Shown: positions 1 to 9,184, counted from the stretch's first letter. The stretch is 64,000 bases of DNA from Actinomycetota bacterium (GCA_035512775.1 DATKDI010000049.1:17137-81136), one strand, 5' to 3'. A program made the numbers and translations. Notes: a model not told the origin generated them from the letters alone.

Positions 1-815
1 GCGAGCTCGCCCGGGGAGGCGATGTACACGGGCGGGTCGCGCTCCAGCCGGGCGGGACATCGGCGAATGCGGCGGTGTGGGCCGCCGAGTCGGGCGCGGA
101 GACACGCGTGCACGGCCGCGTGGGCGCCGACGTCGTCGGGAGGCTCCTTCGCACCGAGCTCGAGGTTCGCGGCGTCGATGCCGCACTTGTCGACGACGCC
201 GACGCCCCATCCGGCACGATGCTCGTCGTGTTCGAAGCGGGTGAGCGCTCGATGGTGGCCGATCGGGGAGCGAACGCTCGGCTGGCGCCCTCGGACCTGC
301 CGCCCGAGCTCGAGGCGGGTGCCGTGCTCGTCTCGGGCTACCTGCTCCTCCAGAGCGGCGCCCGCGAGGCGGGACTCGAGGCGATCCGTCGGTCACGAGC
401 GCAGTGGATCGGGGTGGAGGCGGCGTCGTGGCCTCTGGTCGAAGCCGTCGGACGGGAAGGCTTCGATGAGCTCGCCAGAGGTGCGACGGTGATCCTCGCG
501 AACGAGCACGAGGCGGAGGCGCTGACATCCATGGGGCCGGTCCCCGCCGCGCGCGCGCTCGGCGAGCGCTACCGGGCGGCCTGCGTCAAGCGAGGGGCCG
601 CCGGCGCCGTGATGGTCGTGGACGGACGGATCTTCGAAGCGACGTCGGAGGTGGTCGAGGAGCGCGATCCCACCGGGGCGGGAGACGCCTTCGACGGTGT
701 CCTGCTCGGCTCGCTGGCTCGTGGGATCGAGCCAGAGGAAGCGCTCGACCTCGCGTGCCGAGCCGGAGCGCGCGTCGCGGCCAGCGCATCGGTGTGGCCG
801 GCGGTGGCGCGGTGA
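1..815 (+). CDS. psuK: PfkB/ribokinase-family sugar kinase, 5'-truncated at window edge; likely pseudouridine kinase
   Basis: The ORF 75..815 reading frame stays open to position 1, with upstream in-frame ...GGDVHGRVALQPGGTSANAAVWAA. It has ribokinase-like motifs, including the C-terminal DPTGAGDAF. Its stop overlaps (GTGA) the start of a pseudouridine-5'-phosphate glycosidase gene, the classic psuK-psuG pair. Confidence 0.7.
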   Translation, partial: ELARGGDVHGRVALQPGGTSANAAVWAAESGAETRVHGRVGADVVGRLLRTELEVRGVDAALVDDADAPSGTMLVVFEAGERSMVADRGANARLAPSDLPPELEAGAVLVSGYLLLQSGAREAGLEAIRRSRAQWIGVEAASWPLVEAVGREGFDELARGATVILANEHEAEALTSMGPVPAARALGERYRAACVKRGAAGAVMVVDGRIFEATSEVVEERDPTGAGDAFDGVLLGSLARGIEPEEALDLACRAGARVAASASVWPAVAR

Positions 816-1738
816 GCGCGCTCCTCCGTGTCGGCGATGAGGTTGTGTCCGCGCTCGCGGATCAACGCGCGGTGGTCGGCCTGGAGACGAGCGTGATCGG
901 TCAAGGTCTGCCCTTTCCCCGCAACGTCGAGTGCATCGAACGGATGGTGGACGCGATCCGCAGCGCGGGAGCGGTCCCCGCGTGGGTCGGCGTGCTCGCG
1001 GGAGAGGTGGTGGTGGGGCTCACCGACGAGGAGCTCCGCCCGTACACCGAGCCGGGGCGAGCGGACAAGGTGGCGCGGCGCGACCTCCCGGCGGCGTGCG
1101 CGCGCGGCGCCCTCGGCGCGACCACCGTTTCCGCGTCGATCTGGGCCGCCGCGCGCGCGGGGATCGTGGTGAGCGCGACCGGTGGCATCGGAGGTGTGCA
1201 TCCGGGTGAACACCTCGACGTGAGCGCCGACCTCGTCGAGCTCTCGCGCACGCCCGGGTTGTTGGTGTGCAGCGGCCCCAAGTCGATCATCGACCCGAGG
1301 GCCACGTCGGAGCGTCTCGAGGAGCTCGGCGTGACCATGGTCGGCTACGGGGTGAGCCGGCTGCCCTTCTTCTTGACACGGGAGGCACCGATCGACCTGG
1401 AGCATCGCGTGGACACTCCCGACGAGGCCGCCGCGATCCTCGCCGCGGCGATCGATCTGGACACGCGCTCGACCATCCTGTTGTGCAACCCGATCTCCCC
1501 CGCGGTGGCGATGGATCCCGCCGAGGTCGCGAACGTGACACGCCGCGCGGAGGAGCGAGCCGCGACCGAGGGCATCCGGGGGAGGGCGCGCACGCCCTAC
1601 CTGCTCGCCGCCATCGCCGAGCTGACGGAGGGACGCTCGATGGAGGCGAACCTCGCGCTATTGGCTGCGAACGCTGGGCTCGCCGGCGACGTGGCGTCCG
1701 TCGCCACCGGTATCGGCTGGTCCGGTCGTCGTTGGTGA
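812..1738 (+). CDS. psuG: pseudouridine-5'-phosphate glycosidase (IndA/PsuG family)
   Basis: The translation VSALLRVGDEVVSALADQRAVVGLETSVIGQGLPFPRN...GGIGGVHPGEHLDVSADL...LLVCSGPKSI matches the PsuG family. A GTG at 812 overlaps the psuK stop. An alternative ATG at 755 would overlap psuK by 60 nt. Confidence 0.8.
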   Translation: MSALLRVGDEVVSALADQRAVVGLETSVIGQGLPFPRNVECIERMVDAIRSAGAVPAWVGVLAGEVVVGLTDEELRPYTEPGRADKVARRDLPAACARGALGATTVSASIWAAARAGIVVSATGGIGGVHPGEHLDVSADLVELSRTPGLLVCSGPKSIIDPRATSERLEELGVTMVGYGVSRLPFFLTREAPIDLEHRVDTPDEAAAILAAAIDLDTRSTILLCNPISPAVAMDPAEVANVTRRAEERAATEGIRGRARTPYLLAAIAELTEGRSMEANLALLAANAGLAGDVASVATGIGWSGRRW

Positions 1739-3631
1739 GGGAGGTTCGAGATCGTCCTCGTGATCTGGCCCGTCGGCTGGCCCGTCGGCTGGTCCGTCGT
1801 CGGGGGCTCTCCTCAATGAGCCGACCGCGAAAGCGAGCCACCCCAGGGTTCCGATCGCGAGCGCCGCGATCACCCCACCGCCACGGCCCAGCGGGAATCC
1901 CAACCGGCCCGCGATGAGGCCGCCGATCGACAGCACCGCGATCCCGATCGCCGGTGAGAGACACACGGCCGCGAACGCGGGGAGCCCGGTCATGAGGAGG
2001 GTCCACCCGAGGCCGACGAGCAGCACCGTCGCCACCGAGACGGCGGTCAAGCGGATCAACTCGCCGCCATCAGCGGGTTCGATGGGTGCCACTGACAAGC
2101 GGCTCGGAGGTTCCGGGCCCGCGAGCACCGTCACCCCGGGTCCGAGGCTCGTCCCCTGCAGGGGCGCTTGATCGCTGTACCCGGCGAGAGAGACGGCCAC
2201 CGTGCCCGAGGGATGCCGGGAGGCGAGCCTCCGCCGGAACTCGCGGGTGTCCCCGAAGAAATCTACCCGCCAGGTCTTCACGGACAGGAAGCGTTTGACC
2301 GGCAGGGTGACCTGCAGGGCCTGGAGGGGACGCCACACGCCAGGCCGCACCGGAACGACGACCGGTGTCTCCGGAGGGATCGTCTCGAGGTAGGCCGCGA
2401 GGGTCGAGGCCTGCTCGATCTGCGCCCGGGTGAATCCGGCTTGCTGGTCCGACCACGTATCGGCTCCGGCTCTCGAGAGCCACGCGGCGGACGCGAGCAC
2501 AAGGACGGCGCTGGTCACGGCACCCGCGATCCCCCAGGGGGCTCCTCCCAGACGTGACGACCTCGCGACGGTCCACAGGCGGGTCGCCGCTGCCCCGAGC
2601 ACGATGAGCGAAGGGACACCCAGCGCGAACGGAACGATATGCGGGATCGTCATGTCCAGGACCTTCCACGCGAGCAGCCCGGCGGGAGCGGCGAGCGCCC
2701 ACATCGCCAGCGGCACCGCGGTGCGCCTCGTCGCCGGCGTCCCGAAGAGCAGCATGATCGCCGCCCCGGCGGCCGCGAGCGGGATCGTGATCGCCAACTT
2801 CATCTCGGGAAGGCGCGCCGCGATCTTGGCGGTCGCGTCTTGTTTCGCCGTCGGGACCTTGTGAGGGAGGTCGGGGGATGCGAACAGTGCCAGGGCGCCC
2901 AGCAGCACGCCGAACCCAACGATGACGAGGAGACGTGCGGGGTGCTGCGTCCGGGCACCCTCCGGTCGGCGGCGGATCCGCTCGAACACGAAGACGCCGG
3001 CGGCATACGCCAACAGCAACGCGGCGAGGCCGATCGCGAAGAGCCAATGGGCGATCGCCGCCGCACCGATCAACAGGACGAGCGCCGCCGCTCCCTTCCG
3101 GCCCGTGCCCACACGTACAGCGAGTGCGATCGCGGCGACGGCGAACACGTCGAGGAGGAGGTTCGAGGCGTACCCGATCGCGGTGAGCGCGACGAAAGGT
3201 GAGGCCGCCAGTCCCACGCCCACCGCGACGGCTACCCATCGCCGTTCACCCGCGACCCCCGCGGCAAGAGCCGCACCTGCGGAACCGATCGCGATCGCGA
3301 ACAATGCGGGCCAGATCCGTGCGAGATCGAGGAGAGTGCCGCCCCCGATATCGCGGAGCACGCTGGTGACGATCGGTTGGGCAGGCCGTTCTCCGAACGG
3401 AGCCAGCTCGTTCAAGCCGACGTCGTGGACGAGTCGGGACCGGAAGATGTACACGGAGGTGTCGATGCCGTGGGGGAATCGATCCGGTTCCGCGAGGAAC
3501 GGTTGGAGGTAGATCGCGCCGATCACCACGGCCAGCGACAGGGCGAGGAACGTCGCCCAGCCGATCCTCGCGATCTTCTCGGCTCGTGCCGGGGGCGTCC
3601 GCGCCGCGTGTCGCCCGTACGGCTGGGACAT
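1658..3631 (-). CDS. large polytopic integral membrane protein (~657 aa), putative GT-C-type glycosyltransferase, with a C-terminal PADGPADGPADG low-complexity tail
   Basis: The true start MSQPYGRHAARTPP (ATG at 3629-3631) overlaps the upstream GT2 stop by ATGA. The six-frame ORF extends artefactually to 4711. There are more than 10 hydrophobic helices with interspersed loops. It is operonic with the GT2 and SQD1 homologs. Confidence 0.55.
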   Translation of the reverse strand: MSQPYGRHAARTPPARAEKIARIGWATFLALSLAVVIGAIYLQPFLAEPDRFPHGIDTSVYIFRSRLVHDVGLNELAPFGERPAQPIVTSVLRDIGGGTLLDLARIWPALFAIAIGSAGAALAAGVAGERRWVAVAVGVGLAASPFVALTAIGYASNLLLDVFAVAAIALAVRVGTGRKGAAALVLLIGAAAIAHWLFAIGLAALLLAYAAGVFVFERIRRRPEGARTQHPARLLVIVGFGVLLGALALFASPDLPHKVPTAKQDATAKIAARLPEMKLAITIPLAAAGAAIMLLFGTPATRRTAVPLAMWALAAPAGLLAWKVLDMTIPHIVPFALGVPSLIVLGAAATRLWTVARSSRLGGAPWGIAGAVTSAVLVLASAAWLSRAGADTWSDQQAGFTRAQIEQASTLAAYLETIPPETPVVVPVRPGVWRPLQALQVTLPVKRFLSVKTWRVDFFGDTREFRRRLASRHPSGTVAVSLAGYSDQAPLQGTSLGPGVTVLAGPEPPSRLSVAPIEPADGGELIRLTAVSVATVLLVGLGWTLLMTGLPAFAAVCLSPAIGIAVLSIGGLIAGRLGFPLGRGGGVIAALAIGTLGWLAFAVGSLRRAPDDGPADGPADGPDHEDDLEPPSPTTTGPADTGGDGRHVAGEPSVRSQ

Positions 3632-4674
3632 CACCGCAACCAGGTCTGGATGATCACTTTGAGGAAGTTCCAGCCGTAGCGGAACGACTTGGGCTTCTTC
3701 GACTCCCCACCCGCGCGCGCGAGGAACGTGACCGGTACCTCGACGACGCGGGCCTTGTTGCGGAGCGCCTCGATCAGGATCTCGGTGGACCAGAACTGAT
3801 CCTGTTTCAGCACGACGCGCTCCAGGAGGTCGGCGCGCGCGGCGCGGTACCCGGAGGCGGGGTCGGTGATCCGCTGCCCCGTGAGGACCGTGATGATGCG
3901 GGAGAAGACGTGGACACCGAGATGCCGGACCAGGCTCTCCCGCTCGAAGGTGCCGAGCAACCGCGAGCCGTTCACGTAGTCCGCCTCTCCGGCCAGGATC
4001 GGCGCGATCACGATCGGGATCTCCTCGGGGAGGTGTTGCCCGTCGGAGTCGAGGGTGACGACCACCTGGGCGCCCAGTCGCAGCGCGATCTCGTATCCCA
4101 CCCGCAGCGCCAGCCCGCCGCCGCGCCGGATCGGCAGCTCCGCGACGTACGCGCCCGCCTCGCGTGCCACGGCGGCCGTGCGGTCGGTCGATCCGTCGCT
4201 CACGACGACCGGCACCACGTGGTGGCCCTCGACCATCGCGGGGATCTGCTTGATCACGGCCGCCACGTTCTCCGCTTCGTTGAACGCGGGAGAGATCGTG
4301 ACGAGCCGGGGACCGTCGGGGAGGCGGCTCGCGCGTTCCCAGTCGAAGCGTTCCTGTCCGAGCGCCTCCACGAGCAGTCGGATGCTCCGCTCCGTAGTGT
4401 CCGCCGTGGTCTGGGCCCGCAGGTAGAGGAAGAACAGGACCCCCACCGCCACGAGGAGGGCGAAGATCACGCCGTCGGTGCCTCGCTCGAAGTCGAACGT
4501 GCGCAGGAGTGGGTCGAACAGCGGCGGGTAGACGGCCAGCGCGGTCACGGACGCGCACAGGACGAACAGGATGATCAGGTTCAGCCTGCTGATCTGCCGC
4601 CGGTCGTATCCCCGCACGGCGAGCACCAAGAGGCCGACCGCCGCGAGCCCGGCCAGGATCCTGATCGCAGGCAT
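3631..4674 (-). CDS. family-2 glycosyltransferase with N-terminal 2-3 TM membrane anchor (Dpm1/GtrB/ArnC-like polyprenol-phosphate glycosyltransferase)
   Basis: A GT2 catalytic core follows about 90 aa of TM helices (VTISPAFNEAENV...VVVSDGSTDRT...TLDSDGQH with D..DxD-type acidic motifs...ESKKPKSFRYGWNFLKV). Its start lies 3 nt after the sqdB stop, and its stop overlaps the downstream membrane-protein start. Confidence 0.7.
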   Translation of the reverse strand: MPAIRILAGLAAVGLLVLAVRGYDRRQISRLNLIILFVLCASVTALAVYPPLFDPLLRTFDFERGTDGVIFALLVAVGVLFFLYLRAQTTADTTERSIRLLVEALGQERFDWERASRLPDGPRLVTISPAFNEAENVAAVIKQIPAMVEGHHVVPVVVSDGSTDRTAAVAREAGAYVAELPIRRGGGLALRVGYEIALRLGAQVVVTLDSDGQHLPEEIPIVIAPILAGEADYVNGSRLLGTFERESLVRHLGVHVFSRIITVLTGQRITDPASGYRAARADLLERVVLKQDQFWSTEILIEALRNKARVVEVPVTFLARAGGESKKPKSFRYGWNFLKVIIQTWLR

Positions 4675-4677
4675 GCG

Positions 4678-5853
4678 CTAGCTCGAGGGCGCCTCGACCG
4701 CCGGCCGCCACCGATCCCGCGGCAGGATGTGGTCCGCGATCGCGCGATGCTTGAATCGCTCGAGCTCGGCGAACATCGACTCGATCAGTGTCTCCGAGAG
4801 CAGGTGCGGCTTGAGGCCGAGATCAAGGAGCTTCGTGTGCGCCGCGTTGTAGTAGTGCTCCTCCAACTCGAAGCGCGGGTTGTCGATCGCTTCGACCCTG
4901 ACATCGATGCCCACTTCCGCCCCGGCCCTCTGGACGTGCTGCGCGAGCTCCAGGACCGAGAACTGCTCCGTGAACTGGTTGAACACCCGCATCTCCCCGG
5001 GGTCCGCAGGATTCGTCACCGCGAGCTCGACGCAACGCATCGTGTCCACGATGTTCAGGTAGCCGCGGGTCTGCCCACCCTTCCCGTAGACGGTCAGTGG
5101 ATGCCCGATCACGGCCTGCAGGCAGAAGCGGTTCAGGGCCGTGCCGAAGACGTCGTCGTAGTCGAACCGCGTCATCAGGCGATCGTCGAGCCGCGTCTGA
5201 TCCGTGTGGATGCCGTACACGACGCCTTGGTTCAGATCGGTGGCTCGCATCCCCCAGACGCGGCAGGCGAAGTGGATGTTGTGCGAGTCATGGACCTTGG
5301 ACAGGTGGTACATCGAGCCCGGGAGCTTCGGGAATGGGAGGTAGTCCTCGCGACCCTTGTGGCGGATCTCGATGAATCCCTCCTCGATGTCGATGTTGGG
5401 CGTGCCGTACTCGCCCATCGTGCCGAGCTTCACCAGGTGCGCGTCCGGGGTGATGTCGCGGATCGCATAGATCACGTTCAAGGTGTTCACGACGTTGTTC
5501 TGCTGGGTGAAGACCGCGTGGTCCCGGTCCCGCATCGAGTACGGGGCGGATGGCATCTCGCCGTAGTGCACGACCGCCTCCGGGCGGAAGGTACGGAAGA
5601 TATCGGTGGTCAACTCCCAATCCACGAGGTCGCCCTCGGTGACCCCGATCTCCTTGCCGGCGACGTCCTTCCAGGCGGCCGCGCGCTCCAGAAGCGAGGG
5701 CAGGATCGGCACGAGCGTGTCGCTGCCGACCTCCTCGTGCGCGCGGCGCCGCAGGTAGTTGTCGACGACATGGACTTCGTGGCCACGATCGGAGAAGCGC
5801 ATCGCGGTCGGCCACCCGAGGTACCCGTCGCCGCCCAGGATCAAGATGCGCAT
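4678..5853 (-). CDS. sqdB: UDP-sulfoquinovose synthase (SQD1/SqdB/Agl3 family SDR)
   Basis: MRILILGGDGYLGW Rossmann motif; ...EMPSAPYSM...LVKLGTMGEYGTPNIDIEEG...YHLSKVHDSHNI (SDR YxxxK)...RATDLNQGVVYG...VFGTALNRFC...GHPLTVYGKGGQTRGYL...RVFNQFTEQFSV...EEHYYNA.HTKL. Near-identical blocks to plant SQD1 as recalled from memory. RBS AAAGGAAC sits upstream of the ATG at 5853. The ORF-track start at 6132 is an upstream artefact. Confidence 0.8.
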   Translation of the reverse strand: MRILILGGDGYLGWPTAMRFSDRGHEVHVVDNYLRRRAHEEVGSDTLVPILPSLLERAAAWKDVAGKEIGVTEGDLVDWELTTDIFRTFRPEAVVHYGEMPSAPYSMRDRDHAVFTQQNNVVNTLNVIYAIRDITPDAHLVKLGTMGEYGTPNIDIEEGFIEIRHKGREDYLPFPKLPGSMYHLSKVHDSHNIHFACRVWGMRATDLNQGVVYGIHTDQTRLDDRLMTRFDYDDVFGTALNRFCLQAVIGHPLTVYGKGGQTRGYLNIVDTMRCVELAVTNPADPGEMRVFNQFTEQFSVLELAQHVQRAGAEVGIDVRVEAIDNPRFELEEHYYNAAHTKLLDLGLKPHLLSETLIESMFAELERFKHRAIADHILPRDRWRPAVEAPSS

Positions 5854-6023
5854 AACGTGAGTTCCTTTCGGAGGATCCGTCGGAGGGTCTGGGGTTCGAG
5901 CGATTCTACCCGGAGCGCTTGCGTGCGAAGCGCAACTGCTCGGATCGAACGACGGCTCGTTGCGCCCTCTACCTGGGTGAACGCTGAGGAGGTCCCGGCT
6001 CCGGCCTGAGCTATCGTCGCCGC

Positions 6024-6398
6024 ATGAGCTGGTGGGGAACCCGCCCTGAGGGTCGCGCGGTCCTCCTGGGCGTGCTCTGGACGGTCGTGGCCGCGGCCGC
6101 GGTGTTCGCGCTCTACGTCTCGGCATTCCCACCTGACGGTGTTCGCAACGTCGGCGCCGACGCGAACGGGTACGTCGTGCAGATCAGAGCCGCTCGTGCG
6201 GGCGTTCTCGATCTTCAGGGGACACGTCCGGGTGTGGGCGTCGCCGGCTCGGTCTTCGCGGGCGGCGGCATCACACCGCCGGGCATCGCTCCGATCCTTC
6301 TATCCGTCGCGATCGCCGTGTGCCTGGGACTCGCCGCGGGGGTGGCCGTTCGCAACGCCTACGGACTCCCGTCTGGAGTTCGGGTGTCGTGGCGGTGA
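6024..6398 (+). CDS. hypothetical small membrane protein (2 predicted TM helices)
   Basis: A 124-aa ORF divergent from the sqdB operon with hydrophobic segments LLGVLWTVVAAAAVFALYV and IAPILLSVAIAVCLGLAAGVAV. No recognisable family. Confidence 0.35.
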   Translation: MSWWGTRPEGRAVLLGVLWTVVAAAAVFALYVSAFPPDGVRNVGADANGYVVQIRAARAGVLDLQGTRPGVGVAGSVFAGGGITPPGIAPILLSVAIAVCLGLAAGVAVRNAYGLPSGVRVSWR

Positions 6399-7230
6399 TC
6401 GTGGCGACCTGGGGCGGAACATCCCGACTCGCATCAGGATATCTGGCCAACATTCTCAGCCTCGCCCTGTTCGTCCTGTTCCTCACCATCGCGGTGGCCC
6501 GCGGCAAGCGGCCACCGTCGCCCGTGCTCGTCGCCGTCGCGATCAAGTTCCTCAAGGCCCGACAGAACACCGTGCGCGCACTCGCGCCCGAGTCGACCTT
6601 CCTCCGGATCGTGACGTACCTCGGCGACGAACGAGCGCTCCTCGCCGGACGGCCGACCCGCCGGAGCGGGGTCGACGCGGCCACCTTCAACGCCGCATCG
6701 GCGAGGACGTGGCCGGACGTTCGGGTGGTGCTCGACGACGACCCGATCGTGCTTGCCGTCCGCCAGTGGGTGCGAGCGCCGACCTGGAGACGGGTGGCCG
6801 ATCGGGTGGTTCCGGATGCCCCCGATGTCGCCGTGATCCGTGGGCCGGTGCCACAGGGTGACGTGCCCTTGCCACAGAAGCTCGCCGTGTCCCGATCCCA
6901 GGCGGCGATGCGGATCTCCGCGGCCTGCTGCTCCTCGGCCTCCTCGGCGGCGGCTGGAGCGCGGCGACATGGCCACGCCGTGGTTCCGTCATCGAGGTGG
7001 CCGGCCTCGCGCCGGCGTTCGGGCTGTGTCTCGTGGTGCTCGTCGGGACCGCGATCGCGCTCCTCGGTGGCGACGCCGGAGGGTCCGCCGGACTGGGGGC
7101 GATGGCACTGGCGGGTTCGACCGGATGGATCCTCGCCTGGCGCCGGACGCGCTCGCCCCGGTCCGAGATGCTGCCCTACGAGAGCTCGGCGAGCGCGTCA
7201 AGCACGCGATCGACCTCGTCCGGCGTGTGA
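6386..7230 (+). pseudogene. membrane-protein coding region split over two frames (frame 2 to ~6860-6900, then frame 1 ending 7230); frameshifted gene or two small genes
   Basis: Frame 2 encodes VVAVIVATWGGTSRLASGYLANILSLALFVLFLTIAVARGKRPP...VIRGPVPQGDVPLPQKLAVSRSQ and then degenerates into low-complexity sequence. Frame 1 is open from 6862, reads ...ADLRGLLLLGLLGGGWSAATWPRR..VAGLAPAFGLCLVVLVGTAIALLGG... and stops at 7230. Confidence 0.25.
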
Positions 7231-8411
7231 TAGTGGCAGAAGCCGATCCGGACGGCGCCCCCCGACTCCAGCAGGTCGAGTCGGATCATGATCTCTCGCG
7301 CGTAGTAATCGCCATCCCACACGAAGATGCCGCGTTCGGCGAGGCGCTTCGCCGTTTCCGCCGGATGCTGGTGACCGACGCGGATCGCGAACGTGGGTGT
7401 TCGTTCATCCACACGAGCTCGATCGGTGATGCCCCAGAGCCGGACGTCGGGGAGCGAGGCGATCCCGTCGAGGAATCGATCGGCGAGCGCGTGCTCGTGG
7501 TCGGCGATCGCTTCGTAGGAGGCCGCCAGACGTGCCCGGCGAGCCGTGCCCGCGGCGCCGGCGACGCCCGCGAGGTACTCGACGGCCGCCACCAGTCCCG
7601 CCAAGCCCTCGTGGTTCTGCGTGCCCGTCTCCCAGCGCTCCGGCGCTTCGTCGGGAGCCGGGACGAGCTTGTACGGCGTCCACGTCTCGAGCAGAACACG
7701 GCGCGCGGCGAGGATGCCGAGATGTGGTCCGAAGAACTTGTAGGGAGAACAAACGAGGAGGTCGGCGCCGAGTCCGTGCAGATCGAGGAGACGATGCTGC
7801 GCCAGATGCACGGCATCGACCGCGACGACGGCGCCGACCTCCTTGGCGCGCGCCACGAGGCCGGACGCCGGTGGGATCGTGCCCACCGCGTTGGACGCGA
7901 GCGTGAACGCGACGAGCTTCGTCCGCGGGGACAGGGCCGCTTGGAACGAGTCGACGTCGATCGTGACGTCATCATCACGCACGTCCACCCAGCGCACGGT
8001 CGCGCCGGCGTCGGCGGCCGCCAGCACCCACGGGCGCACGTTGGCGTCGTGATCCAACTTCGTCACGATGACCTCGTCGCCGGATCCAAGCATCTTGGAG
8101 AACGACCTGGACAGGTGGAAGAGGAGGGTCGTCGCGTTCGGACCGAAGACGATCTCGCCCGGGTCCGCGCCCGTGAGGTCGGCGGCCGCTCGGCGCGCCT
8201 CCGAGATGACGACGTCCGTCTCCTGGCTCGTCGCGAACGAACCGTGCGTGTTGCTCATCCCTCGCCGGTAGTGGCCCGCCACCGCCTCGATCACGACGTC
8301 GGGCACCTGTGAGCCGCCGGGCGCATCCACGAGCACGAGGGGCCGGCCGTCCTCGCCGATGCGAGCGAGCGCGGGGAACCTGGCACGGACGCTCCGGAGG
8401 TCGATCACGGG
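7176..8411 (-). CDS. cysteine desulfurase-like class-V aminotransferase (NifS/SufS/Csd family)
   Basis: Fold-type I PLP enzyme signatures: FPAL...VLVDAPGGSQVP..., TLASNAVGTIPP..., VDAVHLAQH..DLHGLGADLLVCSPYKFFGPHLG. The true start is probably a GTG near VPVIDLRSVRARFPAL. The upstream part of ORF 7176..8483 is an in-frame run-on. Confidence 0.6.
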   Translation of the reverse strand, partial: PVIDLRSVRARFPALARIGEDGRPLVLVDAPGGSQVPDVVIEAVAGHYRRGMSNTHGSFATSQETDVVISEARRAAADLTGADPGEIVFGPNATTLLFHLSRSFSKMLGSGDEVIVTKLDHDANVRPWVLAAADAGATVRWVDVRDDDVTIDVDSFQAALSPRTKLVAFTLASNAVGTIPPASGLVARAKEVGAVVAVDAVHLAQHRLLDLHGLGADLLVCSPYKFFGPHLGILAARRVLLETWTPYKLVPAPDEAPERWETGTQNHEGLAGLVAAVEYLAGVAGAAGTARRARLAASYEAIADHEHALADRFLDGIASLPDVRLWGITDRARVDERTPTFAIRVGHQHPAETAKRLAERGIFVWDGDYYAREIMIRLDLLESGGAVRIGFCHYHTPDEVDRVLDALAELS

Positions 8412-8461
8412 CACAGGCTCCCGCACGCGCCGTCCGGCGGCAACCGAGGGCGTCGGGTCGC

Positions 8462-9076
8462 TCACCCCGGATCCGCGTCCCACCCGTCTCCCAACTCGGG
8501 CACGGGCCAGCCGGGATCGGGCTGCCAGTCCTCCCAGTCCCGGTCAAGCGGAGGCCCGCCCGCGAGCACGCGGTCGACAGCCCGCTCGCCCCAGACGTAG
8601 AAGTCGGCCGCTTCCGCCTCGGAGAACAACCCGTCGCGAACCGCCTCCGCCAGCTCCTCCTCGTCCTTCCACCGCCATGAGGAGCGATCGAGCTGGATCA
8701 CCACGTCGAGCGCGTGGTCGACCGTGTCGAAGCCGATCGGGGTGCGTTCGATCGGATCCTCGAGGTTGACGTACCAGACGCGCCGCCGGTCCTCCGCGGT
8801 CCACAGCAGGACCGAGTAGGGCATGTCGGGCCACGCGAACGACAGGATCGGTTGGTCACCGCGAGGGCGAACCTCCAGACGCCAGGGCCGGTCGGGCAAC
8901 CTGAGCGAGGACCCGTCCTCGCCGACCGGGACACCGCACCGGGCGCCGCGGGGCAAGAAGAGCGTGGTCTGGTCTGGATCGTCCTGAACGACGATCATCG
9001 GCCGCGCCTCGAACACCCGTCCGCGCCACAGTTCGCGCAGGGTGATCGCGTCGCCGGGCTGGAACCTCCGGTCCAC
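8462..9076 (-). CDS. DUF402 domain protein
   Basis: The DUF402 core reads FQPGDAITLRELWRGRVFEARPMIVVQDD...LSFAWPDMPYSVLLWTAEDRRRVWYVNLEDP..DTVDHALDV. The start is uncertain (GTG ~9076 or ATG 8998). The ORF-track N-terminal 110 aa is an artefactual extension. Confidence 0.55.
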   Translation of the reverse strand: MDRRFQPGDAITLRELWRGRVFEARPMIVVQDDPDQTTLFLPRGARCGVPVGEDGSSLRLPDRPWRLEVRPRGDQPILSFAWPDMPYSVLLWTAEDRRRVWYVNLEDPIERTPIGFDTVDHALDVVIQLDRSSWRWKDEEELAEAVRDGLFSEAEAADFYVWGERAVDRVLAGGPPLDRDWEDWQPDPGWPVPELGDGWDADPG

Positions 9077-9184
9077 GGGGCAAGCGTACGGTTCACCCGA
9101 TCGCCCTTGACGCGGTTCGACGGTCGGGCATATGGTTGCCCACTCGAACACACGTTCGACCAACCCACGGCCAGTGGAGCACCC

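Noticed and set aside
569-1405. 278-aa minus-strand ORF, plus nested 901..1338 and 931..1209 ORFs
   Set aside because: It is antisense or off-frame to psuK/psuG. The composition is Arg/Pro-rich and not protein-like.
2070-3239. 389-aa minus-strand ORF, plus plus-strand ORFs 2430..2864, 2639..3202 and 2922..3512
   Set aside because: They are alternative frames of the large membrane protein gene (1658..3631) and have no motif support.
3586-6009. 807-aa plus-strand ORF
   Set aside because: It lies antisense to the well-supported GT2 and SQD1 genes. Its low-complexity R/D/G-rich translation is typical of an off-frame ORF in high-GC DNA.
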